Under the pieces are notes generated by a model, which made no database searches, had not been told where the DNA came from, and saw only the letters and a program-made list of their open reading frames with translations. The position numbers and the translations under genes were made by a program. From the IMG/VR virus record IMGVR_UViG_3300046170_000038, positions 1-55,347 of that record: DNA of 55,347 bases; one strand, 5' to 3'. Source of the DNA: a virus. Lineage: Duplodnaviria > Caudoviricetes. Positions 26,039 to 37,346 of this stretch are shown here, piece after piece (the first letter of the stretch is position 1; each line of letters starts with the position of its first letter).

Positions 26039-28111
26039 TTAAAATATAGCTTTAAAACCCGGTATTTTACTACCTACATAACCAAGAGCAAGTGTACTTA
26101 CAAAGTCACCAATAGCACTAGACGATGCTACATCTGCTTGATACTCTGCTGTTGATCTTTCTCTACCTGCAGCCAAGTGACTCAGTGTTACAGCATTCTG
26201 TCTGTCACGTTCATTGTCAGATGAAGTCCATGCCCATTCCATCATGTCAGCATGTTCTTGCCACAGATTAGAGTATGCCTGATTAGACATGTCAAGTACA
26301 GCAGCAGCATTAATTTCATTAGCCCTATTGACAGCGGCTGTTGCTGCAGTTGCAATCTCTCTACGCCATACAGCATTAGACTGTGCAATTACTAAACCAT
26401 TCTGTGCATTAAATTGATCACGTTGATTTGCAATCTCTGTATTAAATTTGTTAACAGCATTCTCTTCACCAGCATTAAACTGTGACATAGCATTAGCTTG
26501 TGTAGTATTAAACTGTGAAGTCTGTGTTTTAAGGTTAGCAAAGAACTGGTCAGATTGGTTCTCACTAGTTGCATTAAATTGCTTGGCTGCATTCTCTGCT
26601 GCCTGATCTGTAAACATAGACTGTGTACGTTGTTGTGCCTTAAACATTTCTGTCTGTTGTTGATTAGCTAGGTTAGTCATGTCCATTGCAAGGAATGACT
26701 GTGCATTCATTACGGCTGCAGCCTGTCGGTTACTTAGATTAGCCATGTCAAGGTTTGCCAGTGACGATGCCTCTGCCATAGTAAGTGCCTGTCGGTTAGA
26801 CAGGTTACTCAGGTTCATTGTGTTAGCTGCACGACTATTCTCTAGTGCTACCTGTTGTTCTGCAGTAAAGTTCATGTTAGCTATATCACTAACCTTAGCT
26901 GCATTAGCTACACGTGACTGAAAGGCTTGATCAAACTCCATGCCCATAAAGGTAGCACGTTGTTGTGCTGACAGCATGGCTCTCTCTTGACGATTACTCA
27001 GGTTTTTTATTTCAAACCCTGCAACTGTCTGTGCATCTGCACTAGCAATAGGCAGTGCTGACTCCATAGCTGCCTGTACAAGAGCCTGTCCTGCCATGCT
27101 ACTAGCACCAAGGCCACGTGCAGCCATCTGTGCTGTAGCGTTGCGTAAGGCTCCTGCAGCCCATGCTGGTGTTTCACCACCCTCAAAGTCTGCCATCAAT
27201 GTATCTAGCTGACCCTTTACAGTAGCCCTGTCACTAGGTGTGGCTGTTGCTGCCTGTATCTGTTCTGTAAACTGACTTGCCTTTGCAGCATTAGCTGCTG
27301 GCTCAATGATCTCACCTGCCTGTAGCTCACGCTGTACAGGGTTATCCATTTTAAGGGCAGTGCCTTGTGCTGCATCTATAGCAGATACTGCAGTCTCAGT
27401 TTGTTGCTGTCCTGTTACCTGTGCATCATCTGATACAGTACCTGTAGGTGTTTGTGTTTGATCAAGTACACCCTCTACAGTACCTGCAGTTTTAGTTGGG
27501 TCTACTTTAGCTATTCCTTGGGTTAATGGATAAGAAGCTAATCTACCTTTATCTCCTTCATCTACAGATGGGCCTATAGGGGGTGCTGTAGATGGTTTAA
27601 ATCGTGCCATATCATCATGAGGTTCATATCTTGGTCTAGGGTCAAACATACGAAACTCATTACGAGGATCATAGGCAGTAGCCTGTGCAACTGTACCCTG
27701 TGTAGCTGTGGCTGTAGGTGATGTTGCACCTACCTGTCCAGCACCTGCAGCTAAGTCTTGTGATGTTTGTGCAACAGTGCCAGTAGCTGTAGCTATACCA
27801 CCAACAGGTAGTGCTGGTCCTTGCATACGGTTTACTGTAGTCTGACCAATACTTGCAGGTGTTTCAGGTTCTTCTGGTTCTATGGGTTCTACAGGTGTAG
27901 TTACATCACCACCTTCTTGATAGTTTTTACGCACCATACCACCATTCATCATTTGAATAGCTTTGTTTTGAAAGTCATTAAACTTCATCTGTGCTTCAGG
28001 ATCAGTTTGTAAAAAGTCTTTAAACTTTCCCATGTCACCCTGATAGCCTAACGTACCAGCTATACGCTCCATTGCCTGTGGTTTAAATCCTTGAAACTGC
28101 ATTGCTGTCAT
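26039..28111 (-). CDS. Putative internal virion protein (A/Q/N-rich helical repeats)
   Basis: Repeated NLSNRQ and QFN motifs; hydrophobic C-terminus. Confidence 0.65.
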   Translation of the reverse strand: MTAMQFQGFKPQAMERIAGTLGYQGDMGKFKDFLQTDPEAQMKFNDFQNKAIQMMNGGMVRKNYQEGGDVTTPVEPIEPEEPETPASIGQTTVNRMQGPALPVGGIATATGTVAQTSQDLAAGAGQVGATSPTATATQGTVAQATAYDPRNEFRMFDPRPRYEPHDDMARFKPSTAPPIGPSVDEGDKGRLASYPLTQGIAKVDPTKTAGTVEGVLDQTQTPTGTVSDDAQVTGQQQTETAVSAIDAAQGTALKMDNPVQRELQAGEIIEPAANAAKASQFTEQIQAATATPSDRATVKGQLDTLMADFEGGETPAWAAGALRNATAQMAARGLGASSMAGQALVQAAMESALPIASADAQTVAGFEIKNLSNRQERAMLSAQQRATFMGMEFDQAFQSRVANAAKVSDIANMNFTAEQQVALENSRAANTMNLSNLSNRQALTMAEASSLANLDMANLSNRQAAAVMNAQSFLAMDMTNLANQQQTEMFKAQQRTQSMFTDQAAENAAKQFNATSENQSDQFFANLKTQTSQFNTTQANAMSQFNAGEENAVNKFNTEIANQRDQFNAQNGLVIAQSNAVWRREIATAATAAVNRANEINAAAVLDMSNQAYSNLWQEHADMMEWAWTSSDNERDRQNAVTLSHLAAGRERSTAEYQADVASSSAIGDFVSTLALGYVGSKIPGFKAIF

Positions 28112-28113
28112 TA

Positions 28114-28377
28114 TTAAAATCCGTCCTTTAATCCGTCAAGTATGTCTTGAACTGATACTCTCTTCTTAGCATTAGGTGTGTATCTACACATATATGTCTT
28201 AGGGCATTCACTAAACTTAAACATAGGGTAATGATATCCTATTGTACCATTAGGTCCACGGTAAATGCAAACCATTTCTCCCTGTATCTTAACTCTTTTT
28301 GCTAAGTGACACTGTACAAACTCAGGGTTACTTAACAGCCCTGCTAACACAAGGGGTAACACAACAAGATTAATCAT
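28114..28377 (-). CDS. Small Cys-containing, possibly secreted protein
   Basis: Hydrophobic N-terminus and four Cys. Confidence 0.65.
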   Translation of the reverse strand: MINLVVLPLVLAGLLSNPEFVQCHLAKRVKIQGEMVCIYRGPNGTIGYHYPMFKFSECPKTYMCRYTPNAKKRVSVQDILDGLKDGF

Positions 28378-28856
28378 TAACTAATTCCTAGTGATATCAG
28401 ATATATGCCCCCACCTAATACACCAATGATTAGTAATGATAGGCCACCTATAGCTGCGTTGTTTGCCATCTGTCTTTTAGCTTCCATCGCCGCATACACA
28501 GTCTCTTCACGTTCCTTACGTATTTGCCTACGCATACCTAACATTTCATCGTATGTGCCTACACCAAACCTGTAGTCTAACATAAACTTTATTTCTTTTT
28601 CTTTCTCAAGCAATGTTTTCTTACGAACAATAATGTCCATTGCTTCTTGTTCTATGTTGTCAGTACCGTGGGTCTGCTTGTCTAACCACGTAGGGTTTTT
28701 ACGTTGAGACTCAGCCCTAGTAATGTCAGCTACTGCACCGTACCACTTACCTAGTTGCTGTGATACATCTTGTATTTCTCTGCCAGCACCTACTAGCATC
28801 TTGACCCCTTTGAAGGCTGCATTAGCTGCAGCAAAAGCTGTAACGGGGTCAATCAT
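28377..28856 (-). CDS. Hypothetical membrane-anchored protein
   Basis: MIDPVTAFAAA N-terminus; C-terminal TM helix. Confidence 0.75.
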   Translation of the reverse strand: MIDPVTAFAAANAAFKGVKMLVGAGREIQDVSQQLGKWYGAVADITRAESQRKNPTWLDKQTHGTDNIEQEAMDIIVRKKTLLEKEKEIKFMLDYRFGVGTYDEMLGMRRQIRKEREETVYAAMEAKRQMANNAAIGGLSLLIIGVLGGGIYLISLGIS

Positions 28857-28860
28857 TTAA

Positions 28861-29115
28861 TTATCTCTTTGCGTGATTAGTTGTAACCACATTTAATGCA
28901 TCCTTGATTGCTTCTACATTTGCATCAATACGTGCAATCATTACGTCATTCTCTTGTATATCATCTTCTAGTATTTCCATACTAGTTCTCATATCTTCTA
29001 TGTCATTCATGTTATACTTAATGTCTGATACCATGCTGGACACTGCCCACACTACAGCAGCACCCTGTGCTAGTAATGCTCCTGCTATTGTTACTAATGT
29101 CCAGTTGATATCCAT
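28861..29115 (-). CDS. TM plus coiled-coil small protein
   Basis: N-terminal TM followed by heptad pattern. Confidence 0.65.
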   Translation of the reverse strand: MDINWTLVTIAGALLAQGAAVVWAVSSMVSDIKYNMNDIEDMRTSMEILEDDIQENDVMIARIDANVEAIKDALNVVTTNHAKR

Positions 29116-29603
29116 TAGCTAGGCTCCGTAGGCCAATCGCCCCCATTGCCTTCCATGTCAGGACTTGCCAAGTTAGGCCAGTTAGAGTGAGTAGTAATAT
29201 CACGTAGTGCTGTACGGTAAGTTACCCATGCACTAGGTACAGAGCCACCAGCTTCTAATGCTTTTGTTACAACCCAATCACAACTAGCTAGACGTTTATC
29301 TCTTTCTGCTCTGTTACGTGTAGCTACTTCAGCATTAGCAGCAGTGACTACAGCAGCACGTTCCTCAGAGGTCATATCTGTGACACGGCGAGTATATACT
29401 TTACCGTCCTGCAGATATGGCGTGACACTCTCGTTTTTTTGTGTGGCTGAGTCATAAGCTAGGAACACAACCACTTCTGCACAGCTATTAGCCGCAAGCC
29501 AATCAGCATCAGGGCCAGCTTTAGGGAATGAAGTGTTAGGAAACATAGACTTGTGATCTGCTATCTCGCCTATAGTGCTGCCATCTAGTTTTGCTATCTT
29601 CAT
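29115..29603 (-). CDS. Tail fibre assembly chaperone-like protein
   Basis: RAERDKRLASCDW...WVTYRTALRDIT...WPTEP. Confidence 0.75.
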   Translation of the reverse strand: MKIAKLDGSTIGEIADHKSMFPNTSFPKAGPDADWLAANSCAEVVVFLAYDSATQKNESVTPYLQDGKVYTRRVTDMTSEERAAVVTAANAEVATRNRAERDKRLASCDWVVTKALEAGGSVPSAWVTYRTALRDITTHSNWPNLASPDMEGNGGDWPTEPS

Positions 29604-29605
29604 GT

Positions 29606-31645
29606 CTATTGTCCTTTATCTGCGAATGCTTTGGTCGGTGCTGTGAAATTGCTTGTATAACGAGCAAACTTGCTTATACGAACTTCATCCATATATCCGT
29701 TGGAAGGGTAAGTAGTTTCAGCAGTTCTGAGAGTGCCTAGAAACCAAGGAAATCCACCCGTATCTAAGTTAGAAGAGGATGTAACGGATATATCACTAGT
29801 GCCATTTAAATATAATTTGTAAGAGGTTCCATTTTTCACTAAGGCAAGATGATACCAAACGTCATTATCCAATGTTGTACCACCAGCATTGGCTATATCA
29901 TAACTAGAATTATTAGATGATAAAGCCAAAGATAACGTCCCATTACCTGTATATATTTGAAAGCCGTTGCCTTTAGTTATAAGTTCTTGATATGCTGGTG
30001 ACGTTTTATTTACGAACCTCCAAAAAAACTCAACAGTCCAGTTACCTCCACCATCAATGTTGTTTCCCCCATTCTCTGAAAAAGTGGCATAATCACTATT
30101 ACCATCCAGAAGCAGAGAAGCAGTACCAAACTTTTTTTGCGCCGTGCTAGTTTTAGCAGTGCCATACAACGTCAGATTATTCTGTGAAGTACTGTCAATC
30201 GCCTGACCATCTGCCATGTTTAAGAGCAGCTTGGTGTTGGTGACGGCTGTAAGGGGGGCTGTTGGGACAGTATACGTTGTGCCACTATATAACGCAGTGC
30301 CTTTTACAATTCTTGCATCACAGATATAACCGTCAAAGTCGTAAGAAGCACCGTCCATAGTGCCAATTATAAATGTTGTACTACTTCTATCTAAGTTGTT
30401 ATTTATACCTGTTGCTGCTGAACTTTTTCTAGCACCGTTGACGTAAATATAACCTGTGCCGCTGCTGACAGAGAAAGCTATATGGTTCCAAGCATTTATT
30501 TGCACAGGGTCACTACCATCTGTGGTTAAATCTATTGCACCTCCTGCATTATCTGCAGCATTTAAATAAAAATTTACTTCATTTGTATAACGCAAAGAAA
30601 AATACCAGCCTGTAGGATAACCACCTGCTTGAGCCATAATCATTGGATAATCATTGCTTTCAGAAACAGTTGGATATACCCAAGCCTCTAGTGTAAAGGT
30701 ATCACCTAGAACAAAGTCAGCAGAATCCCCAGTGCTTAAAAAGTCATTGTCTCCATCAAAATAAGCACTCGCCCCGTTCACCGCAGGGTCATACACACTG
30801 TTGGACAGGAATGGGCCAAATGCTGTTACTGCTGGATTGCCCACAGGTGTTAATGCAAATCCTGTTGAGGAATTATCAATGAACCTGTTGCTTTGGCAGG
30901 TTAAAAGTTTGGTATTTGTAATGGCAGTTAATGCAGAAGTTGGGACAGTAATGCTTGAGCCACTGTATAGGGCAGTGCCTTTAAGTAGTCTAAGGTTGCT
31001 AATGTGACCATTAAAATTACCGCCACTAGCAGTATAACTGCCAATTCTTGCTGTACCGGAGGATGCACCTTGTGTTGCAGTGTTTGTGGCTTGTGCCACT
31101 CTTGTCCCGTTTAAATACAAGCTAGTGTTGTTGCTCCCTGTGCCTGACCTAACTACTGCGACATGGTTCCAAGTATTTGTTAAGATGGAATTATCAGCAC
31201 TTTTAACTATATCAGCACCCGCATACCAACTGACATATTTGTCAGATGAATGAATATATAATTGTGTGCTGCCAATTAGAAAAGTATTCGGATGCTGATT
31301 ATCTATTACAATAGTTCTAGCATTAAAAAAAAGCTCAAATGTGTAGTCACCATCTAAACTCATTGTTGCATCATTTGTGTATGTTAGGCTATCCCCATCA
31401 CCATCAAAGGACCAACTCCACTCACCATCAGGCCGAGCAAATGGCCCAAACGAGCCTTGGGTTACATTGCCATTAGCTGTGATTGTGTGGTTGCTTGTAG
31501 AGCCATCATCAAAAGCATTGTTGACACCGTTGTTACTGCCCTCAAAATGACTGAGAAAACTAACACGGTTGAACTGATCGTCTGACGGTGCCGCATCTGT
31601 ACCAGAAGCACCTAACAGTCCTGTATTGAAGAATGATTTAGCCAA
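29606..31645 (-). CDS. Concanavalin A/LamG multi-domain receptor-binding protein
   Basis: Three repeats of FTxE(x)W...W(N/Y)H(V/I/L)A...LYxNG...GY(I/M)xxxR; TTG start at 31645 inferred from overlap with the upstream stop. Confidence 0.85.
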   Translation of the reverse strand: MAKSFFNTGLLGASGTDAAPSDDQFNRVSFLSHFEGSNNGVNNAFDDGSTSNHTITANGNVTQGSFGPFARPDGEWSWSFDGDGDSLTYTNDATMSLDGDYTFELFFNARTIVIDNQHPNTFLIGSTQLYIHSSDKYVSWYAGADIVKSADNSILTNTWNHVAVVRSGTGSNNTSLYLNGTRVAQATNTATQGASSGTARIGSYTASGGNFNGHISNLRLLKGTALYSGSSITVPTSALTAITNTKLLTCQSNRFIDNSSTGFALTPVGNPAVTAFGPFLSNSVYDPAVNGASAYFDGDNDFLSTGDSADFVLGDTFTLEAWVYPTVSESNDYPMIMAQAGGYPTGWYFSLRYTNEVNFYLNAADNAGGAIDLTTDGSDPVQINAWNHIAFSVSSGTGYIYVNGARKSSAATGINNNLDRSSTTFIIGTMDGASYDFDGYICDARIVKGTALYSGTTYTVPTAPLTAVTNTKLLLNMADGQAIDSTSQNNLTLYGTAKTSTAQKKFGTASLLLDGNSDYATFSENGGNNIDGGGNWTVEFFWRFVNKTSPAYQELITKGNGFQIYTGNGTLSLALSSNNSSYDIANAGGTTLDNDVWYHLALVKNGTSYKLYLNGTSDISVTSSSNLDTGGFPWFLGTLRTAETTYPSNGYMDEVRISKFARYTSNFTAPTKAFADKGQ

Positions 31646-32447
31646 GTGCTGCCCCTCCAAGGAAGCCGTAGTAAGTAGTGCCACCATCACGTGTAAAGAA
31701 ACCGTATCCGTTTACTTCACTATTTCCCGGTGCATCTGGTGCTGATCCTCCTGCCCAATCCACTGAGCTAGGCCAAGCAATAGTTTTAGCTGATGAAGGT
31801 TGAGTAATAAACAAAGTAAAACTGTATGCTGTACCACTTGTAGGTGGATTGCTAAATGCAAACGTAGTGTTCTCGGATAGTGTAACAGAAAAAGATGTGC
31901 CTGTAGCTAGATCAAGTGTAGTTGTAGAACCTGTGCTATTGGCTACATATGTTTCTTGGTATGTCAGAGGCTTTAGTGAGCCTGTCATGGTTACGGAAGT
32001 AGTGCCTGTAGGTATCTCAATTACGTCTGCGTCTGCGTCATTCTTAATTGTTACATCGTTAGTACTGCCCTGACCAGTAATGATAATACCTTCTGCTGCA
32101 GTGTAACCAATAGCTGCATCATCCCCTGCTGCTGTGTCACCTGTAGCTTGAAGTGTAGCACCAGAGGCTACTACATCACTTGTAAATACACTGTTACTTG
32201 TATCAAACGTACTAAAGGCTACAATCTCTACAGTATCATTAGCTGTAGCACCAGAGGCCAACACAACGTCTGACCCATTGGTAGCTGTATAGTCTGCCCT
32301 AGCTAAGTGTACCCCATTAAGATATACAGAAACAAGATCAGGGGTATACCCTTGGGTAGTAAATGTAGTTTGATTTGATGTGGCTGTATATACGTCCCGA
32401 CTTTGTGTAGCCTGTGGGGTAGGTATTGCGCCTATATATCCTGACAT
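31638..32447 (-). CDS. Tail fibre component
   Basis: MSGYIG...VYLNGV...DYTATNG. Confidence 0.75.
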   Translation of the reverse strand: MSGYIGAIPTPQATQSRDVYTATSNQTTFTTQGYTPDLVSVYLNGVHLARADYTATNGSDVVLASGATANDTVEIVAFSTFDTSNSVFTSDVVASGATLQATGDTAAGDDAAIGYTAAEGIIITGQGSTNDVTIKNDADADVIEIPTGTTSVTMTGSLKPLTYQETYVANSTGSTTTLDLATGTSFSVTLSENTTFAFSNPPTSGTAYSFTLFITQPSSAKTIAWPSSVDWAGGSAPDAPGNSEVNGYGFFTRDGGTTYYGFLGGAALG

Positions 32448-32456
32448 TCTGTTTCC

Positions 32457-33482
32457 TTATGAGTTTACTCTGCCGTACATAGTGATTGTCCCACTTACTA
32501 TGTTACCACTAGCAAATTTAAATTGAATCCCATCTACTATCGTTGCAGCTTTTGTTTTTCCTAGTGAATAACCGCCGCTGACTAGTCCACCAAGAGCACC
32601 ATTTTCTCTCGTATAAAGACCAAATCCAGTGACATACGTAGTTGTGTTTAAATGAGGGCATATAAGAGAGTATTCACCATTAAGGCCTTCATTGGTGGCA
32701 TTGCCAATTCCTCTATATGCTAAAGGTATATATGCTGCATCCCCCGCACTTGCAGCTGCATCCACGCCTTTTACATAACTATCTGAAGCACTTAAATAAT
32801 TAGAGCCATCATCAACACTCAACAAAGCCTGAAATAATTGATCGTCAGTTTGTGGTAAAATATTACCTAGTGTAAATATATAGCTATCATATTTACTTGA
32901 ATCAAAACCTGTAAAACTAGCAGTTGCTGCGTTGCTTACATCAGTAGAAGAGATAAATTCTAACCCACCGCCAACTTTAGTGCCAATATACGTAGCTAAC
33001 CTAGCCATTGTAGCTTTACGATTAGTGCCACCCGCACCGTCATCCACAACCATCAAGTCTGCATCAACTAATGCTGCACCAATGTCTGTACCACCGTCTA
33101 TGTCTAGGTCAACCAAAGGTATTGAGCCATCTGGGACAATTAAACTATTTGCAGTAACACTACCACTAACTGTTACGTTACTACTAAACGTACCACCTGA
33201 TGCCTTACTTACTGTATCACTTGTTTCAAAACTACCGTGGGACACAATAACAATTTGATCACCTTCAGTAGCACCTGTTTCTAAGGTAACAGTAGAGCCA
33301 TTAGTGGCAGTGTAGTCTGTGCCATCTACTAATCTTATACCGTTCTGATATACATGCACAGCACCGACAGTATAACCAACATTAGGAATACTGGTTTGGC
33401 TGGCTGTTGCCGTAATTGTGTGCTTTGTTTCTATTTGTTGTGGTGCTGATACTGCTACCTTACCACCAATATAACCTGCCAT
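32457..33482 (-). CDS. Tail fibre component with paralogous head domain
   Basis: MAGYIG...VYQNGI...DYTATNG; C-terminus SGNIVSGTITMYG. Confidence 0.75.
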   Translation of the reverse strand: MAGYIGGKVAVSAPQQIETKHTITATASQTSIPNVGYTVGAVHVYQNGIRLVDGTDYTATNGSTVTLETGATEGDQIVIVSHGSFETSDTVSKASGGTFSSNVTVSGSVTANSLIVPDGSIPLVDLDIDGGTDIGAALVDADLMVVDDGAGGTNRKATMARLATYIGTKVGGGLEFISSTDVSNAATASFTGFDSSKYDSYIFTLGNILPQTDDQLFQALLSVDDGSNYLSASDSYVKGVDAAASAGDAAYIPLAYRGIGNATNEGLNGEYSLICPHLNTTTYVTGFGLYTRENGALGGLVSGGYSLGKTKAATIVDGIQFKFASGNIVSGTITMYGRVNS

Positions 33483-33491
33483 TTTGTTTCC

Positions 33492-34210
33492 TTATGAGTT
33501 TACTATGCCAAACATAGTAATTGTTCCTGATGCTATGTTTCCACTATTATATTTAAATTGCACTGCATCTACATCGGCTGATGAGTTTCTTTGCCCTGCT
33601 ATTTGAATAAGAGTTGCGTATCCATCACTGCTATAATAGAATGTTTGGCCTACTACTCTTGTCGGCAGAGTTAGATGGGGGCCATGGATAAACATATGCC
33701 CACTGCATCCACCTTCTTCGCCTGATGCGGTTCCTTGACTAGCACTAACATTTATGTTTGCACTTGTTGCATCAAATCCAGCATAGCCACTACCACCACT
33801 ATCACCACGATATTGAGCAACATAATCACTACTACCTGTATCATAATTACTTCCACCATCAGTACTCGTTAGTAAAAGTAGTGACTTTGCATCAGCCGCA
33901 GAAACTACATTTAAAAATGTAAATAAATAACTGTCATACTTAGAAGAATCAAAACCTGTAAAACTAATAGTAGCAGTATCACTAGCATCAGTAGAAGCTA
34001 TGAACTCCATGCCACCACCAATCTTAGTACCCATATAAGTAGCAAGCCTAGACATTGTAGCCTTGCGGTTTGTACCACCAGCCCCATCGTCTACAATCAT
34101 AAGGTCAGCATCTACAAGAGCAGCACCGATATCTGTACCTGCATCAATGTCTAGTAAGGCAGTGTTACCCCACTACCAGTAAGATTAGCTGTGTCTCTTG
34201 CTTTAGTCAT
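33492..34210 (-). CDS. Tail fibre component with paralogous head domain (one indel near 34160)
   Basis: Start MTKARDTANL at 34210 with SD; frame change joins LLDIDAGTDIGAAL to ORF 33492..34100. Confidence 0.7.
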
Positions 34211-34220
34211 GTTCTATCCT

Positions 34221-34502
34221 TTAGCTAGGCTTGGTAGGCCACGTAATACTATTAGGGAAGCCACTCTGTGCTGGTACGTCCCGTAGTGCTGCACGATAAG
34301 TAGTCCATGCACTAGACATGGTTACATCACTGTTGCCCATCCAATCGGTAGCAGCTAGTAGTGCATCCCGTTCCTCACGGACAGCTACAGCAGCACGTGT
34401 GTCTGCAGCATCAGCCCATGCCTTTTCTTCAGCATCACGGGCAGTTTCTTCGTCTGCTGTGAACTGAACCATTTCTCCGTTAATATTATGATATCTTGGC
34501 AT
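34221..34502 (-). CDS. Tail fibre assembly chaperone-like protein
   Basis: REERDALLAATDW...WTTYRAALRDVP...WPTKP; paralog of 29115..29603. Confidence 0.78.
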   Translation of the reverse strand: MPRYHNINGEMVQFTADEETARDAEEKAWADAADTRAAVAVREERDALLAATDWMGNSDVTMSSAWTTYRAALRDVPAQSGFPNSITWPTKPS

Positions 34503-34526
34503 TTCTGCTTTTCCTTTGTTGTTGTG

Positions 34527-35235
34527 TTATGAATCTTTAATTCCGTACATTCTAATTTCACCAGACTCTATATTTCCTGATGAAAAGAAAAATTGTATTG
34601 CATTTACATTAGCAGTAGCCTGTCTTGATCCACCATAGGTTACATAGTTATTACTGTATATTCTGCTATTAGGGTCTTGTCCCACTCCACCTGATGAAAT
34701 AATATAAGTGTAAGAGCTAGTAACATGCGGTAATCTGCACTCTATGTCTAAACTTGCACCAAGCTCTCCACTATCAGACCCAAAAGTATTAGTACCAAAA
34801 GGATCAATAACATTAACATCAGTAGTATTACCAAAATTATGATAATTATCACTGCCACTATCATAAGAACTGCCACCATTAGAGCTAGTTCTAACCTGTA
34901 ATAATACATTATCAGTAGCAGGAATAACTAATCTAAATTCAAACAGGTAGTGTACATATTTGCTAGAATCAAATTGTGTAAATGCTTGAGTAGCAGCATT
35001 ACTAATAGACCCAGATGAAACTATAAACTCTTTAAGTCCACCAACTTTAGTACCCATATAAGTAGCCATAGTCTCAACGGAAGTCATACGCATAGTGCCA
35101 GCATCGTTGATCAAGACACCATCACCATCAGCAATAGCAGTTGTGCCCTCTGGCTGTACCACCGTCTATGTTATCTAGTTCAGCTTTTGTTACACCAGTG
35201 CTTGCTAATGCAGCTAGTTTCTCTTGCCTACTCAT
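34527..35235 (-). CDS. Tail fibre component with paralogous head domain (indel near 35147)
   Basis: TAATG-coupled start at 35235; C-terminus SGNIESGEIRMYG. Confidence 0.7.
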
Positions 35236-35591
35236 TAGCTGTCAATCTCCATATAGCTCATAATCACTGAGACTTTATCTGCTACACTACAGTCTACCTT
35301 AATGATATCACCTGCGTTAAGAACAACCTTACCGTCTAGTACAGACAGTGACGATCCTACTGGTATAGCTGCATCTTTAATTAGGTGTGCTGTAGTGTTT
35401 TGTGTTTGACTTGTTTGTGTAGTTGTACTAACCAGAGTTACACTTGCTGTAACCTGAGAGGTGTGTACGTTAGCTAAAGTAAGTCCTAAGATGATAGCCC
35501 TAGTACTTGATTGGGTAGTGTATATTGTTTCAGGAGTACCTGCACTAGCTGGTGCAACGTCCCTTGTAATTGTCTTGAATGTATTTGCCAT
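35235..35591 (-). CDS. Virion structural protein (fibre-associated)
   Basis: MANTFK...LANV...IPVGSSL...KVVL...SYMEI; lies in the tail module. Confidence 0.7.
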   Translation of the reverse strand: MANTFKTITRDVAPASAGTPETIYTTQSSTRAIILGLTLANVHTSQVTASVTLVSTTTQTSQTQNTTAHLIKDAAIPVGSSLSVLDGKVVLNAGDIIKVDCSVADKVSVIMSYMEIDS

Positions 35592-35603
35592 TAATTTGTT
35601 TCC

Positions 35604-37346
35604 TTATCCAAGGGCGATTGCTAAAGCTGTTGCTTCATCTTGTGCGGTACTTGTTACGACTGCAGTAGTTGCAAGTGTACCAGCAGTACTAGGTAGTGTC
35701 AAGGTAATATCTGCAGTAGATGCAGGGACCAATTAAGGTTACTTTGTTTGTACCGTTATCACTATCCTCAAAGAACTCAAGGAACCCTGCAGAGGTAGAA
35801 CCATTCTTTAGCTGAACCCCTGCGTTTGCTATTGGGGTAGTTAGTGTAGCGTAGTAAGTGTTTTGTTTGTGAGTGTCTTAGAGGTAGCTGACAGATATGT
35901 ATCAAAGGTATCTACTGTAGTTTGGCGCATAGTGCCATTATCATTAGTAACAATACCGTCACCACCAGCTACAGCCGTAGTACCTGCAGAGGTATCCCCA
36001 TCCATTATATTAAGCTCAGTAGCTGTTGAAGTTACTGCTACATCTTCGTTAATCTTAGGAGAGGTTAGTGTTTTGTTTGTCAGTGTATCTGTAGATACAA
36101 GTGATACCAGAGTAGAGTTAGCACCTGCAGGTAACATAAGAGTATTAGTTACTCCTGCTGAGTGTGGTTGACCATATACTTTTTGACCATGACTGTTACT
36201 TTCACAGTTAAAGACAACAGCACCTGAGTTAGTGTTACCACGTACAACAACAGTGCCTGTACCATTAGGTGCTAAGTCTAGTGTAGCATTAGAAGTAGTA
36301 ACAATATCATTGCCATTAAGGTCTAGGTTGCCGCCTAACTGTGGGGTGCTATCTTCTGCTACATTAGAAATAGCACTAGAGGTAGCAAGGCCAGAGACTA
36401 CAGTACTTCTTGAAACTTTCTTTAAACCACCACCAGAAGTATCCAATGCAAGGAATACATCATCATTAGCAATAGTACTAATCTCTGATAGACTACCTAT
36501 TGTACTACCACTAGCATCAAGAATGTTTAACTCAGCAGCAGTTGCTGTTACCCCATCCATAATGTTTAGTTCTGCAGTAGTGGCAGTAACACCGTCCATA
36601 AGATTTAGCTCTGCTGTTGTAGCAGTTACACCATCCATGATATTAAGTTCAGCAGCAGTAGCTGAGATAGCTGTACCGTTGTAGTTAATAGCATCTACGT
36701 AAGCTGTACCATCAATGTACAAGTCACGCCATTCCTGACTAGACGAACCAAGATCGTATGCACTATCTGTATTAGGAATAATACTTGAGTTTACATCAGC
36801 ACCAAACACAACATTATCTGCTGCTGCATCACCTAAAGTAATTGTACCACCATTGAAGGTAGTAGTACCTGTTACTGTAAGATTGCCACCAATACCCAAG
36901 TTGCCTGAGATATCAGCATTACCATTCATGTCAATAGTAGTAGCTGCAATCTGTATCTCTGTATCAGCTACAAGGTCAAGCTGCCCGTCAGTACTAGAAT
37001 TAATATAGATAGCACTATCACGAAACTGTAACTTTTCCGCAGCCGCAATAAGTATATCATCAGAAAACTCAAAGTAATCCTCATCCTCCATCCACTTGAA
37101 TACACCGTCATTACTCTCACCATCAAAGGTTACTGTAATGTCTGTACCTGCAGTACCGTCACCCATCGTAATAGATGTACCAAGCAGCTTAGTAATAGGA
37201 CCACCTTCTGCAGTAGTCCCGTCATGTGTGTGGCCTGTACTTGCGGCAAAGGCAGCTAATAGCTGATCAAACTCATTGTTAGTGTGAGCCGCCGTAATTG
37301 TATCGCCATCTGTATATGATGATTGTCTTGAATATGTAGCACCCAT
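35604..37346 (-). CDS. Main tail fibre (indels near 35855 and 35727)
   Basis: N-terminus Y-x-RQS...GHTHDG; AELNIMDG repeats; reading continues by frame changes to ATALAIALG* at 35604. Confidence 0.75.
36520..36665 (-). repeat. Imperfect 39-bp tandem coding repeat (TATxAELNIMDGV) x about 4
   Basis: Seen in the translation of 35841..37346; a further copy near 36010. Confidence 0.8.

Noticed and set aside
32457-35235. Shufflon or DGR acting on the fibre cassettes
   Set aside because: All cassettes are in the same orientation, each with its own start; shared segments differ at synonymous sites; no reverse transcriptase, adjacent invertase or adenine-specific TR/VR pair seen.
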